A stretch of DNA of 64,000 nucleotides from the human T2T-CHM13v2.0 reference genome, Homo sapiens, in NCBI RefSeq assembly GCF_009914755.1, contig NC_060930.1, one strand, 5' to 3'. Shown here piece after piece: positions 41,641-55,325 of the stretch (positions are counted from its first letter, which is position 1; every line of letters starts with the position of its first letter). The notes beneath the pieces are model-generated. The model made no database searches and had not been told where the DNA came from. It saw nothing but the letters and a program-made list of their open reading frames with translations. The position numbers were made by a program, and so were the translations under genes.

Positions 41641-43412
41641 CAAAGAGAAAGCCTTAACTCATTAGTACCTTGTCTAATTAGGCAGCCATGATTTAGTCTA
41701 GACTTGCTTAATATGAAAATCTAACACTACAGTAAACATTATAGTTTGCCATGCATGAAAGTGCCTACTGTTCTTGCCTTAACTGCCCAATATTTGATTT
41801 TAAGTGATGATCCACCATAATTTTAGGTAAATACAGAGCGAATCTTCCCATTGACTCGCCTGACTCTGACCAGTTGTCACAGAGGCGAGTAAAATCACAA
41901 ATATGTTTAATAATTCTGAAGGTGGAGACCTTCCTAGAACCCACAGGTCTTAGCAAAAAGAGCCTCCCCAGTAGCTAATACCTTGAAAGCTTTGACATAT
42001 CCCCCACCTGGGACTGATGGCCAGCTGTCAGGCCTGAGTGACTGACTGCCCATTGGCTGGGTCTCTGCAGGTGGTGGTGACATTGATGGAGGATGATGGA
42101 TGACTCTGACATAGCCCCACCCCACCCACTTACCCATATGCATGACAGAAGGGCTCCCAGCCTGCATGCCCTGGCTGACAATACCTCCAAGTAGGCATGT
42201 AGATGTGTAAAAACAATGCATTCAGAGCCAGCTACAAATACGGAGGCATTTAATGAGTTGCTAATGTGAAAATAATTTTCTTTTCTGACTTTTGAATTGT
42301 TGGAATAAAGACACATAGAGGGAAGCCATACAACTGGTAATGATTCTGCTGAAAAAAGAAAATAGCTTTCAGAAAATGCAAAACAGTTGCCGTCAGAGGT
42401 TGATAGGAGTTTACTGAGGCATCATTCCTTTATTTTTCTACTTCCTCTTCTCACCCCAGCCCACCTTGTTTTGAGCATGTGTTTTCACTATCTCCTCTTT
42501 CTTCCTTTTATGTGAGCTGAATTCTCTTTGCCTCTTTCGTGCATTTTTTCTCTCCCTTCCCTCCTCCACTATTCTTTTCTCCCCTTGCTTCTCCTCTCCT
42601 TTTGTCTCCTCTACTCCTCTCTCCCTGTTTCTTAATCCCTATTTCTTAATCTCACATGAGTTTTTTTTCCTTTTTTTATTATTTTGTTATCGTTTTTGTA
42701 AGGATTTCAGGGGAAGTGTGTATCTGGAAATAAAAATCAGAAAATTTGGAGAATAAAAGAACAAGGAAAATTAAGGAAGGATTTTTTCAACCTTAAAAGC
42801 CACCTTGAGAAATGAGAGAAGAGAGGATTGGCTACTCGGTATTGTGCTTTCTGCTGTCTACCTAGAAGACTTGAGGAAGAAGCCCCTTCACATTCATCAG
42901 TCACTTGAATGACATGAAAGACAGGATGTTTCTTGCACTAACACCCGTGTGTTCAAATGGAAAACCTCATGTAACAGGAAGCCTCGCTAGCAAAAGACTA
43001 ATTTTCTGTGAAGTTCTGGCTAAACTAAGGAAAAGTCTGATTAAGAAAGCACTTCTAAAGAAATAAGCCTTTATTACTTTCAAATATACACAGTAAAAGA
43101 ACTAGAGGCTTCTCTCCTGGGAGCTTCTAAGAAACTACTTTTATTGGCTGGGGGGTAATATGTTAGCAATAGATGAAATCTGATTGTGACATATCAATTG
43201 TATGTAAATTAGCATTTCTGCTAAGATTGTTTGAGAACAGTTTACTTTCATAATTGACTGAAAAATGCTTCTTTCAATTTTGCTGACACTAGTAATGCAT
43301 CTGGCAAACTTTCCCTTCAGAGAAGTGTCAGGTTAAGCTTTATCCCAGGTACTGTTTCAAACAAACATAAACTCTAATTTTGTGAGGCCCATATTAATAA
43401 GTCTTTTTTAAC

Positions 43413-43707
43413 TTTTTTTTTTTTTTGAGACAAGGTCTCACTCTCTCCCCCAGGCTGGAGTGCAGGGGTACAATCATGGTTCCACTGCAGGCTTGACATC
43501 CCAGGCTCCAGTGATCTTCCCACCTCAGCCTCTTGCATATCTGGGACCACACCCACAATGCCCAGCTAATTTTTTTTTTTTAAGTTTTTTGTAGAAACAG
43601 GTTTTACATGTTGCCCAGGCTGGTCTCAAACTCCTGGGCTCAAGCGATCCTCCCACCTAGGCCTCTCAAAATGTTGAGATTAGAGGTGTGAGCCACTGCA
43701 CCCAGCC
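43413..43707 (-). mobile_element. AluJ-type SINE
   Basis: Poly-T, GGGCTCAAGCGATCCTCCCACC. Confidence 0.92.
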
Positions 43708-44233
43708 AGGCTTTACAATTTTTAAATAACTTTCAGCACAAATACTTGTGAACCAGAAACATTGGTTGAAAATATCCGTAACTTCTTTCTCAGCTCTAAA
43801 TTACTGAGAAGCAAATGGAACCACATGTTACAAATATTTCACAAGAACCAGTACCATACTTTTAAACATCTTGATTATGATCTACTTGACAGTCATATTT
43901 GAGTTGTTGCTCTGTGTAACATAAGAGTTGGGCTACACCTTCAGAATAACTGGCAAAGCACCACCAACTGGCTGTGTCCTGAGAGGCTACCCAGCAACCT
44001 GGCTTTTTGTCTGAGTATCAGACGCCCACTCTTCATTGGACCATAGAGGTTTTTCTCCCTAGTCCTCACCTCCAGCTCACTCCACCAAGTTATTAGGAGT
44101 CTCTGAAAGAAACACGGAACACCCAGAGCAGAAAGCCAATTTCTAATTGGGCCATCAGATAGGGAAGAAATGACAACTTCAACAAGATTTCTTGTGATCC
44201 TTGAGAGGTAATTTTAAACCCTTTCCTGTTGGT

Positions 44234-44710
44234 TGTAGGAGAGAAAAAGTAACTTGTTTTCCTTACTCATTGCAAGGTTCATGGCTGACACTGCTATAGC
44301 AAAAGTCAACAAGAGAAAAGCATAACCAAATTTAATTCATATAAGTTTTTTGTGACACGGAACCTTTAGAAATGAAGACCCAAAGATCCAGGGAAAACTA
44401 TTTTTATGAACAATCTTGCAGAAGTGTGATTGGAGGACAAAGGGGTATGATTTAATGGTAATAAACGTGGGGGAACTTAGCAAGGCCTGTTTGTTCAGAT
44501 TCTTCTTGACCTCCAGGACTGCTCTGGATGGAGGGTCTTATGACCTACTTTCAGGGGAGTAGGCCAGAGAATTTTTTTGTGACCTTCTTCAGGGGAGAAA
44601 GGTGGAATAAGGTCAGAGATAAAGAAAGAGGGTCAGAGAGTGCTCTTCTGCTTTTGTGGTTTTCTCGATTTCTTTCAGCCGTAAATACTCAGTATGCCCA
44701 GGTGTCATTG
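44234..44710 (-). mobile_element. ERV1 LTR (LTR29/MER34 group)
   Basis: TGTAGGAGAGAAAAAG..AATGAAGACCCAAAGA..GCAAGGCCTGTTTGTTCAGATTCTTC..AAGGTCAGAGA, antisense relative of the 37306 LTR. Confidence 0.65.
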
Positions 44711-45089
44711 TAGAAGATGAGAATGGAAGGCACAGAAAGAATGTGGCATGAGTAAGAAGGAGGAACTCAAGGCTTTTCTTATTTTACAACCTGAAGAAAG
44801 GAACCCATAGAAATAATCCTTTATTTCACTGGTTATTTGTTGCTGAGGGTCTCCCTGGCTTGGCCCACCTAGATCTACAGCATATAGAGACCCTTGGTGC
44901 AATCCAAGAGGAGGGGAGAAATGCCAATTGCTGTATCAGCATAAATGCACAAACTCAGAAAGCTACTGGCAGCAAGCCATGGGTTCAAATCTGAGCTCTA
45001 CCAGTTACTTTCTATGTGACCTCAGACAAGTTGCTTAGCTTCCAAACTATTTCCCTGCCTCCTGTATTGCACCCCTTTTAATGCAGCCA

Positions 45090-45550
45090 AGGCAGGACAG
45101 AAAGTGCAAGGCAAAGAGCTTGAGAGAACACCATGAGGAAGATATCTTCATGAGGTTGGCATGGCTGGAGCTGAGGATGTATGTAGGGATGCGAAGCTAA
45201 TGAGAAATCCAAAAATCAAGGGCAGGAGAGAGACCAGAATCAAGGCCATTTTGGAGGTTACAGTAATACCCTACAAATGAGATGAAGAGACACTGAACTT
45301 GGATAGTGGCTGTGAGAAGGGAAAGGACTCTACCTTTAGGAGACAGACTCAGCGAAGGGCAGTACAAGGTGACTTCCAAGTTTAGGTCTAGATAAATGGG
45401 GGGGTGGTGCGGGGTGATGGCTTTCATGTAAGTAGGACCGTAAGTGAAATTGGGAGGGCTTGAAGGGAAAAGATGGGTTTAGTTTTCCTAATAAGCTAAA
45501 TTTGTAGTGCTAAATATCCATGGAGAAGTCAGGAAGGCCGGTAGAAATGA
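45090..45550 (-). mobile_element. L2 fragment
   Basis: TGCAAGGCAAAGAGCTTGAG..GGCATGGCTGGAG..GGTGACTTCCAAGTTT. Confidence 0.6.
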
Positions 45551-45569
45551 GAATTTGTTTCATCATTTT

Positions 45570-45754
45570 TCTTTTTTTTCTTTTTTTTGTTTGAGACAGG
45601 GTCTTCTTCTGTCAACCAGGCTGGAGTGCAGTAGTGCAATGGTGTGATTTCAGCTCACTGCAACCTCAAGCATCTGAGGCTCCAGCAATCCTCACACCTC
45701 AGTCCCTGAGTAGCTGGGACTATAGACACATGTCACCATGCCTGGCCAATTTAT

Positions 45755-45803
<49 letters not shown>

Positions 45804-45865
45804 CACGTATATGTATATATATATATTTGGTAGAGACAGGGTTTCGCCATGTTGCCTCGGCCAGT
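45570..45865 (-). mobile_element. 5'-truncated AluJ with (CA)22 in the middle linker
   Basis: Right monomer, then (AC)22 at 45757-45800, then partial left monomer GTAGAGACAGGGTTTCGCCATGTTGCC. Confidence 0.88.
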
Positions 45866-46083
45866 CCTTTTTTCCATTTGTATCACGTAATGTGTTAAAA
45901 ATATACAATCTTCTTAAAGTTGAGGGTAATTAGGATAAATAAAATAAATATTTAATTAAGAGAGTCCTCAGTATACCAATGCTGAATATAACTGATTCAA
46001 GAAAAAAATTTAATTCTGGGAAGCATGCTTATAGATAGTAAATTGAATTTTATGTGTACATGTGTGATAGACACATCCAGATT

Positions 46084-46118
46084 CACACACACACACACAC
46101 ACACACACACCACACACA
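46084..46118. repeat. Interrupted (CA)n microsatellite
   Basis: Read directly from the sequence. Confidence 0.95.
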
Positions 46119-49100
46119 GAAACTGTTTCCCTATTCATTAACAGAGCAGAAGGAAACCATGGCGTTGAGGAAGGAGTAGATGATCACACCCAGCCTCCTG
46201 GCTTGATTAATAAGCGACAGAATCATGTTCCTGTTTTGAGGAAGCTTTCCTATCATGGCTGTCGTCTCTGGAGAGCTCCAGCCTACAAAGCGATAACATC
46301 TGGTGCCCATTATTTCCCCAGATCTGTTGTGATTAGTCCATATGATAAGCCTGGCCAATTGCTGTGGGCAAGGTATTGCTACATTCTCCCCATCAGGGTA
46401 CTGGAGCTGTCACTTCTGGTTTGTGGCCCCTGCTAATTTGCCACCAAAATTTCCAATATCTGCTAGAATTCCACAAGGAAATCTCAGTGCCTTGGAGGGG
46501 CAATAGGCTGTGTGGCTGTAGACAGAAGGCCAGCGCTGATAATAAAGAGGCGAGGTTTATCAATTAACTCAAGCAGCACTGTGTGGACAGTGACCAGCGG
46601 TCCACTCCCACTTCCGTTGTGTCAGGTTGATGAAATGGTCCAGGAAAACTTCAGATTTGCTGATGACAGAAACAGTGAAGCATCTGAAAGTTAGAAGAAA
46701 AAAATGGTTTAGAAGCTCTTTACTATTTGACCAAAGTGAATTTTCTGGCCTTCCAGATGCCTTTTCCTTCTCCATTCCTCCCCCTCCCTCTCACACTATG
46801 ATACATGAGGATAATAGTTGGAACCCATCCAGGTGGCAGAATGGCTTGTCATTTCAGATGGTAGAAAAAGATTCAAGCCCCTAAAAAGGGCAGTTGCACT
46901 ATCTGATAGGACTCATTAATATTGGAGCTGGATATTATGTTTTATGTTCCTTTAAAAACTGACCTAGAGCTTACTTTTATGAGAGTTCTTCAGATTTACT
47001 TGGAACAACCAATACACTGATGGCAAAAAGTAAAAAAAAAAAAAAAATGCAGCCAATCAAACAATTATAATTTTAAAGAACTGACATTCATTGAATATGT
47101 TTTTTACTGAAATTAATGTGCATTTTGTCACTAAATAATTTCTGAAAATGAAATGTGGGACATTTTACCAAATTGATATTTGAAAGGTTAGAGAGGAAAT
47201 TAACGCTTTCTGTATGTTTTTTGTGATTTTAATAAACATTTAAAATTATTTCGTTCAAAAACAGTCTTAGAAACATATACTTGTTTTGATACTTTGGAAA
47301 ATAATTTCAGCAAATAATTCAGAATTTAAAATATATGATAATTTATCACTTATTCAATTGAACCTATAATTTCTTACTAATCACATGTCAAGTGTTATGA
47401 CTAAAAGTTGTCATAAATAACTTGCCACTTAAATCTGCATAAAGGAAGTAAAATTAACTATTAACTACATGAGAAGATACTATGTGAGAAGAAGATCATG
47501 TGATGGATGCCTGAATTTCTCCTCTGTTATCTAGATGTTTTGCTGTTGTGCAAACATGGACCTGAGATCCAGAATGGAGAAAGGTTATTTTGTGACTAAA
47601 GTCAAAGATGTTAGAAGCAACAGATAGCCAGATAGCCAAAATCCAGATGCTGAATTTTGTAAGCAAACATCAGATTTGTACAGCCAGAATCATTCCAGCA
47701 AATGTAAATATGGGTGAAACAAAATAGCGGTGTAAAGATAGAAGGAATGGTTTGTCCTGAACTATCAAGTAATTTTGTCTAACTTTTTTTTCTATTAACA
47801 GAAAAAAAAAATAGAAATGTTGATTTAAGGCAAAAATGCAGTCTTCCAATCTTTCTCTGCCTGAGTCAAAATAGCCTTTTTACTTTTTCTTCTTTATATT
47901 AATCCCATTTTAATCTTGCTCCTGCTGCCCAGAGAACCTTTAACCATGGAATGCTGGTCTGGCTTTAGTAGACTTTCATTCCCCTAGTTCCACTTCCAGC
48001 TGAGCTCTGCTTCTCCCCTCCCAGTGCCTGGCCTGTCTCCAGGGCTCAGAGATCCCTTCTCATACAAGGACCATGTTTACCTGGTGAGGACAACCAAGCT
48101 AGTGATGAAGCTGTTATCCTCTGAAGTGTGGTACCTAATAATTTAGGCTCCAGCTGGATTTGGAAAGGCCTGAATGCTATCAATTAGTTGTGTGCAAGCA
48201 GCATTCCCTCAGTAATGAGCTCTTCGTCACTTCACTTTGAACGCTGGTGTCTTGACCAAGAGGTCTCCTATAGGCAAGTCACTGAAGAAAACAGAATGAA
48301 AAATCTGTCATTAATGAATTTGCCCCCCAGGTAGATCTAAGAAGACAGACTTTGGCTCCATCTAGGTCAAAGCTGAAGTCCAGTGAGTATGCATCCCTGG
48401 GCCATGACTTTGGATAATGGAAGCCCAAAAGTCTTCCCTCAATCATTAGCCTCCTTCAATTGTTTTTGAATTACATATTAATTAATCATTTCCTTCAAAG
48501 AGAAACTATCTGGGAAAAAAAGTTTGCTATTGACAGGGATAAATCAAAGTGTAAAATTGATCTATAGAACTATATAAATGATATCAGTAATAATGTAATG
48601 AAAATGCTTCATTTTATTTCCTTTATGTTTTTCTAAAGTTGATAACTACTGCTTCAATATTGCATTTCAGATTTTCGATGCAGGTACAGTCACATTTATG
48701 TCTTTTAATAATAGAGTTCATCCATCATACAAGATTGATGATCCCTGCAGAAGTTAAAAGTCTAGGAATAAGAAATTTGGTAAGTTTTTATAATCAAAAA
48801 ACAAAGTCTGGTAAGGGTCAAACCTCCAAAAGTAAAAGGCTATGCTAATCTCTTAGAGATGAATGAATTCCTTGTGGATGTTATCAGTAGTTAAGTTTTT
48901 GGCTTTGCAAAATCTCTTTCCTTTTCTTTAATATTTTCCTTTTATTACCCATAGTTTTCCCTTAGAACAATTAATTTAGTAAATTTAAACAGAGTAAAAA
49001 ATCTAAAAACCTACAAGTTGTTTTCATAATGACTCCAAATAATATCTCCCATTTTTCCAGTGAATGTGTTTTGCCACTTCAATTGCCTCTACTGATCAAG

Positions 49101-51084
49101 AAAGCAAAGACCCCCTAAACTTCAGGGCAAAAAGTGAAGAATAAATTTGATTTGTGTTAGTGCCAATACAGTTTTGAGTATGTGTGTAGCTTTGATGTGA
49201 TTAAAAACATGGTCATTCTTCTGGTTTAAAACAATGAAAATTAATAAATAGACTACTTACAACAATTTTTTAAAATCATGAGCATTTGGGTGTGTTAAAG
49301 TACTTATTCAACTTTGCTAAATGTATTCATCCCGAACTGAAAGTAGAATTACTCCTGCTTTTGCATTTAATGCATAATAACATAGGGTAAAATCTCCTGG
49401 GGTAGAGAGGCAGGCATAGTCTTCAAGTCTAAGCACAAACCCAGAAGTTCCACTTGACTAGGCTTACAGAGGAGCCCTCTCCTCTGTGAGAGGTCAGACC
49501 CTCTCCATTGACACTAATGGACCGTTTTATGCAAAACTGTTCATTTTCCGGAAGGGACCATGTTTGACTGGTGGAGTGATTCACAAAAATCACTTCATTA
49601 AAAGAATACTCTTCATGCATGGCCTTACTCCCTTTAGTGGGACAGAAACTGTGAGCCATGCATGGGTACCCAAGAAAGGGGAAGCTCATCTCCACAGTGT
49701 GAATCCAACCCCGAGTTCCAGTCCCTGTGTTCAGACAATGACATCCTGTCGCTGGCACACAGGCTAATGCAAACCTTGCAACTCCATTTGTCCCTGGAAT
49801 GCCTAATTCCATGCAACTGAGCATTACACACAACATTAGGGGATCCAAATCCACAGGAGAGCCCCCCAGAACCCCAAGTCCCCACACCAATGCTAGGTTT
49901 CTTTTCCCCTAGTTCTCCATGGAGCAGCAAATGGTGCTGTTCATGACAGGTATGGCCAATGGAGCTTCAAGTTTTCCTTCTCTGACCAGGCCCACGAGAG
50001 CTCTGTTCCCTGTGAACCTACGAAACCAACACAAGCTGCATGTGCTGTCTCCTCTTGAAAGAGCACTTGCTCCCAGGAATTCTCTCACAGTCTCCAATAG
50101 CAGAAGTCCAAAGACATGACAATATCAGAGAGGAAGGTGCTGTCATTTGCAAAAGGAGAAGGAATAGGGCCTACTGAGGTTTGGAAGGCAGAAAGGAAGC
50201 AAAAGGCTGAGATGTTGGTGAGACCATGGTGAAAATGCCAAAAGATTCTGGTACAATGTCTCTAAACCTTTTGAAGCTTCAGCAGCCTACATTGTTCTTC
50301 CGAAGTTGCCTTGCTTGGTCTGTCAATGCACCTAGCTGCAAATGCCACCACTTTGCATCCATCTGAAGGGTGATTCTGCTTCTCTCATCAGGACGTCTCT
50401 CTGTCTCTCTCTTATTACTTCTTGACTTCTGCATTGGATGTGGTAATAGCAGATTTCATTTAAGTTTGGAGTCTATACCCTTCAACCTTTCAAAATACTA
50501 AAAAGCGAGTTCGTTGCCTTTAAGATTGCAGTGACCAGCAGGCTGTGAAAGGTCGGTTTTGCTGTGATTTGCACAACCCAGGACTGCTCAGAGCTCAGCT
50601 GCACCAGGCTAATTTCCATAAGCATCATGTGGTGTTACAGAAACCACATTTTGCCAAGCTGTCAACTATACAGCCTTCTCTTTGCTAAACAGACTCCCAT
50701 TAAAACTGTCTGCACAATTTGTCAGTTAAATGAGGTACAAGAGGGACGCTCTATTTGCCCCTAATTAGCTGCACAGACTACCTTTGTCTGTTTGATTAAG
50801 CATTCACATTATCAATTTTGTTTAATCTGATTCATTTCACACACCTCCCCTGGGACTCAGCCCATATGGTTAACTAATCTCTGATATCATCTCTCATATC
50901 AGGCAGCTATCATCCCCCCCAGAACACATTCTACCCACAGGCATCATGCTCATCAAGCTCAGCAGAGGGGAGTTGGTCTGGTGAGAGGCAGAAATGGAGC
51001 CCAGGAACTGAAGCTGAACCCTGACATGCTTGACTTAAAGCAGAGAGCAAATTCTTCCTTGGTGCCATCTGTCCGCCGTCATCC

Positions 51085-51250
51085 ATCCACTCGTTTATTC
51101 ATATTCACTCATTCACTCATTCCGGCAGTATACATATTGTCTGCCTACTATGCACCAGGGGCTGTGGTGGGAGGTGGGAGGGATACAAAGTGTACAAGAT
51201 AAGGTTCCTGCTCTTGGATTGCTTATTATCTCAGCCCTGGAGAGTACTAT
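51085..51250 (-). mobile_element. L2 3' fragment
   Basis: ATTCACTCATTC tail, TGCCTACTATGCACCAGG, GGGATACAAAG..GGTTCCTGCTCT. Confidence 0.7.
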
Positions 51251-51806
51251 GGAAACCGCCAACTAGTGTGCAAAGCACACTCCTTCCCTGAGGCCAGTTT
51301 ACCTAATATCTGTCACACATGGCCTATTTGGCTGGGCTACCAAACAACTCGCTGAAGAAAGCTTTTAGATAAAGGCATTAAAGCAAGTGGTCATGGCTTC
51401 ATGAAATAATCTCCCCTCCCACTCCCAACTTGGACAATGATTGGCAATGGGAAGGAGGAGTTTTAGGAATTGGAATTAACAAATTACTTGATCTTTCACA
51501 GTTATGAAATTTCAATGCATCTCATGCATGATTGAAGCTATTCCTTAATTAAATCAAACTAGTTGTATTCAACCTGATATCTTCAGTATATTGACAGAGA
51601 GACTATTAAACAGTAGTAGAGCACAAATAAAAATGTTGAGAGAAAAAGTAATTCATTTAATTTAGATGAAAGTATAAAACTAATCTGAAAATGGGTGTAG
51701 TTGAAAAATATACAGGCATTCTTGGCTCATGAAATACATGTGTTTGTAAAAATCAATATCAAAACCTTATGCTGAATAGATTGCAATCTCAGAAACATAT
51801 TCTCCG

Positions 51807-52709
51807 TGGGTATTAGGGCAAATACAGACTTATGAGACCCGAATAAAAGCAACATGTGAAGAAAAAACCCAAGGGTTTTAGGACAACATGAATCCATAGA
51901 GCAATGAGGTTGTCAAAAGAGTCAACGTGTGTTTAGATTACATCCATAGAGTCAGGCAGAGTCCTGCTCCAATTTCCACAAGTCAGGACGTTGTTCTAGG
52001 GATCATGCTAGAAGGTTCTTGGGTCCTGGCAGGTGATAAACACTTGGAAATGAATATTGAAAATTCAGCATTGGAATTGGAGGGCCCTAGAAGTTATCCA
52101 GTGCCATCCTCTACTTTTTCTGGGAATCTCCTGGATGACATTCCTAGGTAAGGGAATTGTCAGATTCTGTATAGGTGCCTTCACGAATGGTTCCACTGTT
52201 CTGCTGAGTTGCCCCCTCCAGTCTGTCAGTGCTGGCAACTGAAAATGTAGTTATTACGCTGAGCTGAAATCTGCCCCTGTAAAACTCCATTCGCTGACTC
52301 CAGTGAGTGGATCCCTGCAGTAAGTCTGATCCCGTCTTAATAATTTTGAAGACACCTTTAGTGCTTAACCTCAGCTTTCCTTCACCAAGCACAGCACCCT
52401 CGATTCTTTCAGCATTTCTTCATTTTGGGGTTTCCAGTCCTCCCACCCTCCCTTCTCCCTTTCTTCCAAATATTCTTTCGTTGGTTACCCTTCCTCTCAG
52501 AGTGTGATCCCTGGAACAAATTCCTCACATGTGGAAATTAAAGCAGGACTCTACCTAACTCTATGGATGTAATCTAAGCACATGTGGACTCTTTCAACAG
52601 CAACCTCATTGCTCTGTGGATTCATGTTGTCCTAAAACCCTTGAGTACTTATTTTTTTAAGTGTTGCTTTTATTCAGTTCTCATCATTCTGGATTAGATC
52701 TAATACTCA
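51807..52709. repeat. Long inverted repeat with ~200-bp arms and ~490-bp spacer
   Basis: Arm 51807-52010 is the reverse complement of 52500-52709, e.g. CAAGGGTTTTAGGACAACATGAATCC / GGATTCATGTTGTCCTAAAACCCTTG; about 80-85% identical. Confidence 0.95.
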
Positions 52710-52880
52710 ACTTTATGTTAATCCCTATTATGTATTATCTTATTGACATCAGTTCATCATTTTAGTTTGTGGGTTGAAATCTGATTCTGCCATTTCAATT
52801 TTGTGTTGTCTCCCAGTTCGACAGGGATGGCATGACTGTCTTTATCCAAGTCATTGATCAAAATGTTAAAAGAGAGAAGA
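52060..52880 (-). mobile_element. L3/CR1 LINE relic
   Basis: TGAGCTGAAATCTGCCCC, TTTTGAAGACA, CTTTATCCAAGTCATTGATCAAAATGTTAAA are typical antisense L3 motifs. Confidence 0.7.
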
Positions 52881-52944
52881 ATAAAAATGGGTAACCAGAA
52901 GTCACTGAGTTTTCTAGAATGAAAAAAAAAAAAACTAGTACCAA

Positions 52945-53190
52945 CACGTGTTGGGCAATTATTGATACCAGAGACTACAGTGAATGAATGCTTTATATGT
53001 CTTCTCCAATTTAGTACTCACAAAACTCTTATTCAGTATCATTAACACCAGATTATAGATGAGACAACTGAGGATAGGTGCCTAAGAAAATAACTGCCCG
53101 AAAGAAGGTAGTTAATAATTATTTGGAGTTAGAATTTTGACCAAGGACTGACTAATGCCTGAGCCTGACTTATGAAGCACTTTGCTGTAT
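52945..53190 (-). mobile_element. MIR SINE
   Basis: TTATAGATGAGACAACTGAGG..AATAACTGCCC core. Confidence 0.65.
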
Positions 53191-53384
53191 TTGCTACCTC
53201 TTTACTGCATCATTAAGAGAAAGGAATCAGACCATAGGCAACAACAATGACAGAAATGGAAAGTAAGATTTCCTGAACCCTCGTTATCTCACCCATGTTT
53301 GTTAGCATGCCACACATCCCACTCGGGTGAAAAGGGTTGAATTAACCACATCTCTCTATGAAAGTCACACTATCACCCTTGTTG

Positions 53385-55325
53385 GGCTCCTTTCATGATT
53401 TATTTATTTATTCTTTTGATTGTCCTTTCCATTTTCCATTCTTCTCCTGTCACAGAAAACTTTTCTAATATGCGTGGTCTATAACCTTGAATTTGTATAT
53501 ATCCTTGGGAAATGTGTAGTGTTATTGATTTGGATGTATTTATTTGTATAAAATACAATGGGCTATGGACTTCTTTCTGTGTTTTATTCTTCTTCCAGAG
53601 TACTAAGGTAAAAATCTTAGTCCTGCTTATATCTAGCTCATTGCCCCTAATGGCTGCATGGTAGAATCTGATGCACATCCACCACATCTTATTTTGTCCA
53701 TTCCTGCAGTGATGGAGAGCTGGATTGCCTCCACCTCTCTGCTATCACAAACAACGCTAAAGTGAACTTAGAGGTCATTATGGTAAGTGAAACAAAACAG
53801 ACAGAAGGAAGTAGTGCATGATCTCGCTCATATATGGAATCTAAAAAAGTTGAATTCATAGAAGCAGAGAGTAGGATGGTGGTTGCAAGCAACTAAGGGT
53901 GGGGAAAATGGGAAGATGTTGGTGGAAGCGTACAAAGTTTTTATAGGCAGGATGATAATTTCTGCAGATCTAATATACAACCAAGTGACTATGACTTTAG
54001 TTAATAATACTGTATTGTATACTTGAAATTTGCAGAGTAGGTATAAGTGTTCTCACTGCACACACTCATATACACACAAAAAGGTGACTATATGAAGGCA
54101 TGGATATGTTAATTAGCTTGAGTGTGGTGATCATCTCATAATGTATACAGACATTAAAACATCACACTGTGGCCCGGCGCCATGGCTCAGGCCTGTAATC
54201 CCAGCACTTTGGGAGGCCGAGGCAGCCCAATCACTTGAGATCAGGAGTTCTAGACCAGCCTGACCAATATAACATGGTGAAACCCTGTCTCTACTAGAAA
54301 TACGAAAATTAGCCGGGCATGGTGGTGGGCTAGTGTAGTCCCAGCTAGTTGGGAGGCTGAGGCAGGCAAATCCCTTGAACCCGGAGGCAGAGTTTGCAGT
54401 GAGCCGAGATTGCTCGATTGCACTCCAGCCTGGATGGCAGAGCAAGACTCCATCTCAAAAAAAAAAAATTCACATTGTATACTTTAAATATATAAAATTT
54501 TGATTTGTCAATTATACTTCAGTAAAGCTGGAAAAAATAAAAAGAAGAAATATAATTACAATGTATGGAAATGTAATCTAATGGTTAAAATAAAATATGA
54601 AGATATATGTAATGATTAAAAATCTCATTCTAGAAATATAGATACCAAATATACTTTACTATAGGAAAAGTAAAGTAAAATAGAATATAGAACAGTCTTC
54701 AAATTTTGATAGCAAATTTGCTTTTAAAAATTAAAATAGTATGAAAGTAACCAGAGAACTCTAAAAGAAGATAACCCAAAATGTTAATAATATGTTTTTG
54801 TGAATTTTAAATATTTTCATGTCGTATAGTAGTAGTTCTTTAATGATATTTTTTAAATGTTAAAAAAAGAAATGGGAAGGCCCAAAACATTCTAGTACAT
54901 GAGGCTTATCATCTCGAATGAGAATTTCTCTGGATTATAGACCGGGAGTAAAGGTTCTAGGGCATAGTCAGATGATTACTCAGTGGTCCCTAGCAAGATA
55001 GGATTTCTGTTTTTCTGCATACTCCATTTGGCACTTAAAAACTTTTAATGAATGTGATGTCGCTTCTCATTACTGTAGTAACATGTACTTATCTCATTAT
55101 TAGTGAATTTGAGCATCTGTTCAAATACTTGTTAACCATTTTAGTTTCCTATTCTGTAAAATGCCTTTTCACTTCTTCACACATTTTTCTATTTGGTTTT
55201 TTCTACTCAAAGTATACAAAGTTCCACTTAGACAGAAAGAATAATTTTTGAGATCTATTGCACAGCAAGGTGAGTATAGTTAATAATAGCATGTTATATA
55301 TTTGAAAACTGACAAGAGAATAAAT
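53385..55325. mobile_element. Nested old L1M fragments (minus-strand L1ME/MC pieces; plus-strand L1MA/MB 3' end at ~53770-54550)
   Basis: ATATGGAATCTAAAAAAGTTGAATTCATAGAAGCAGAGAGTAG on plus; GAATTTGAGCATCTGTTCA on minus. Confidence 0.7.
54171..54468 (+). mobile_element. AluS-type SINE
   Basis: Full dimer; TSD TCACA(C/T)TGT. Confidence 0.93.

Noticed and set aside
49429-50119. 153-aa minus-strand ORF and overlapping ORFs
   Set aside because: No recognisable domain or supporting splice structure; consistent with chance.
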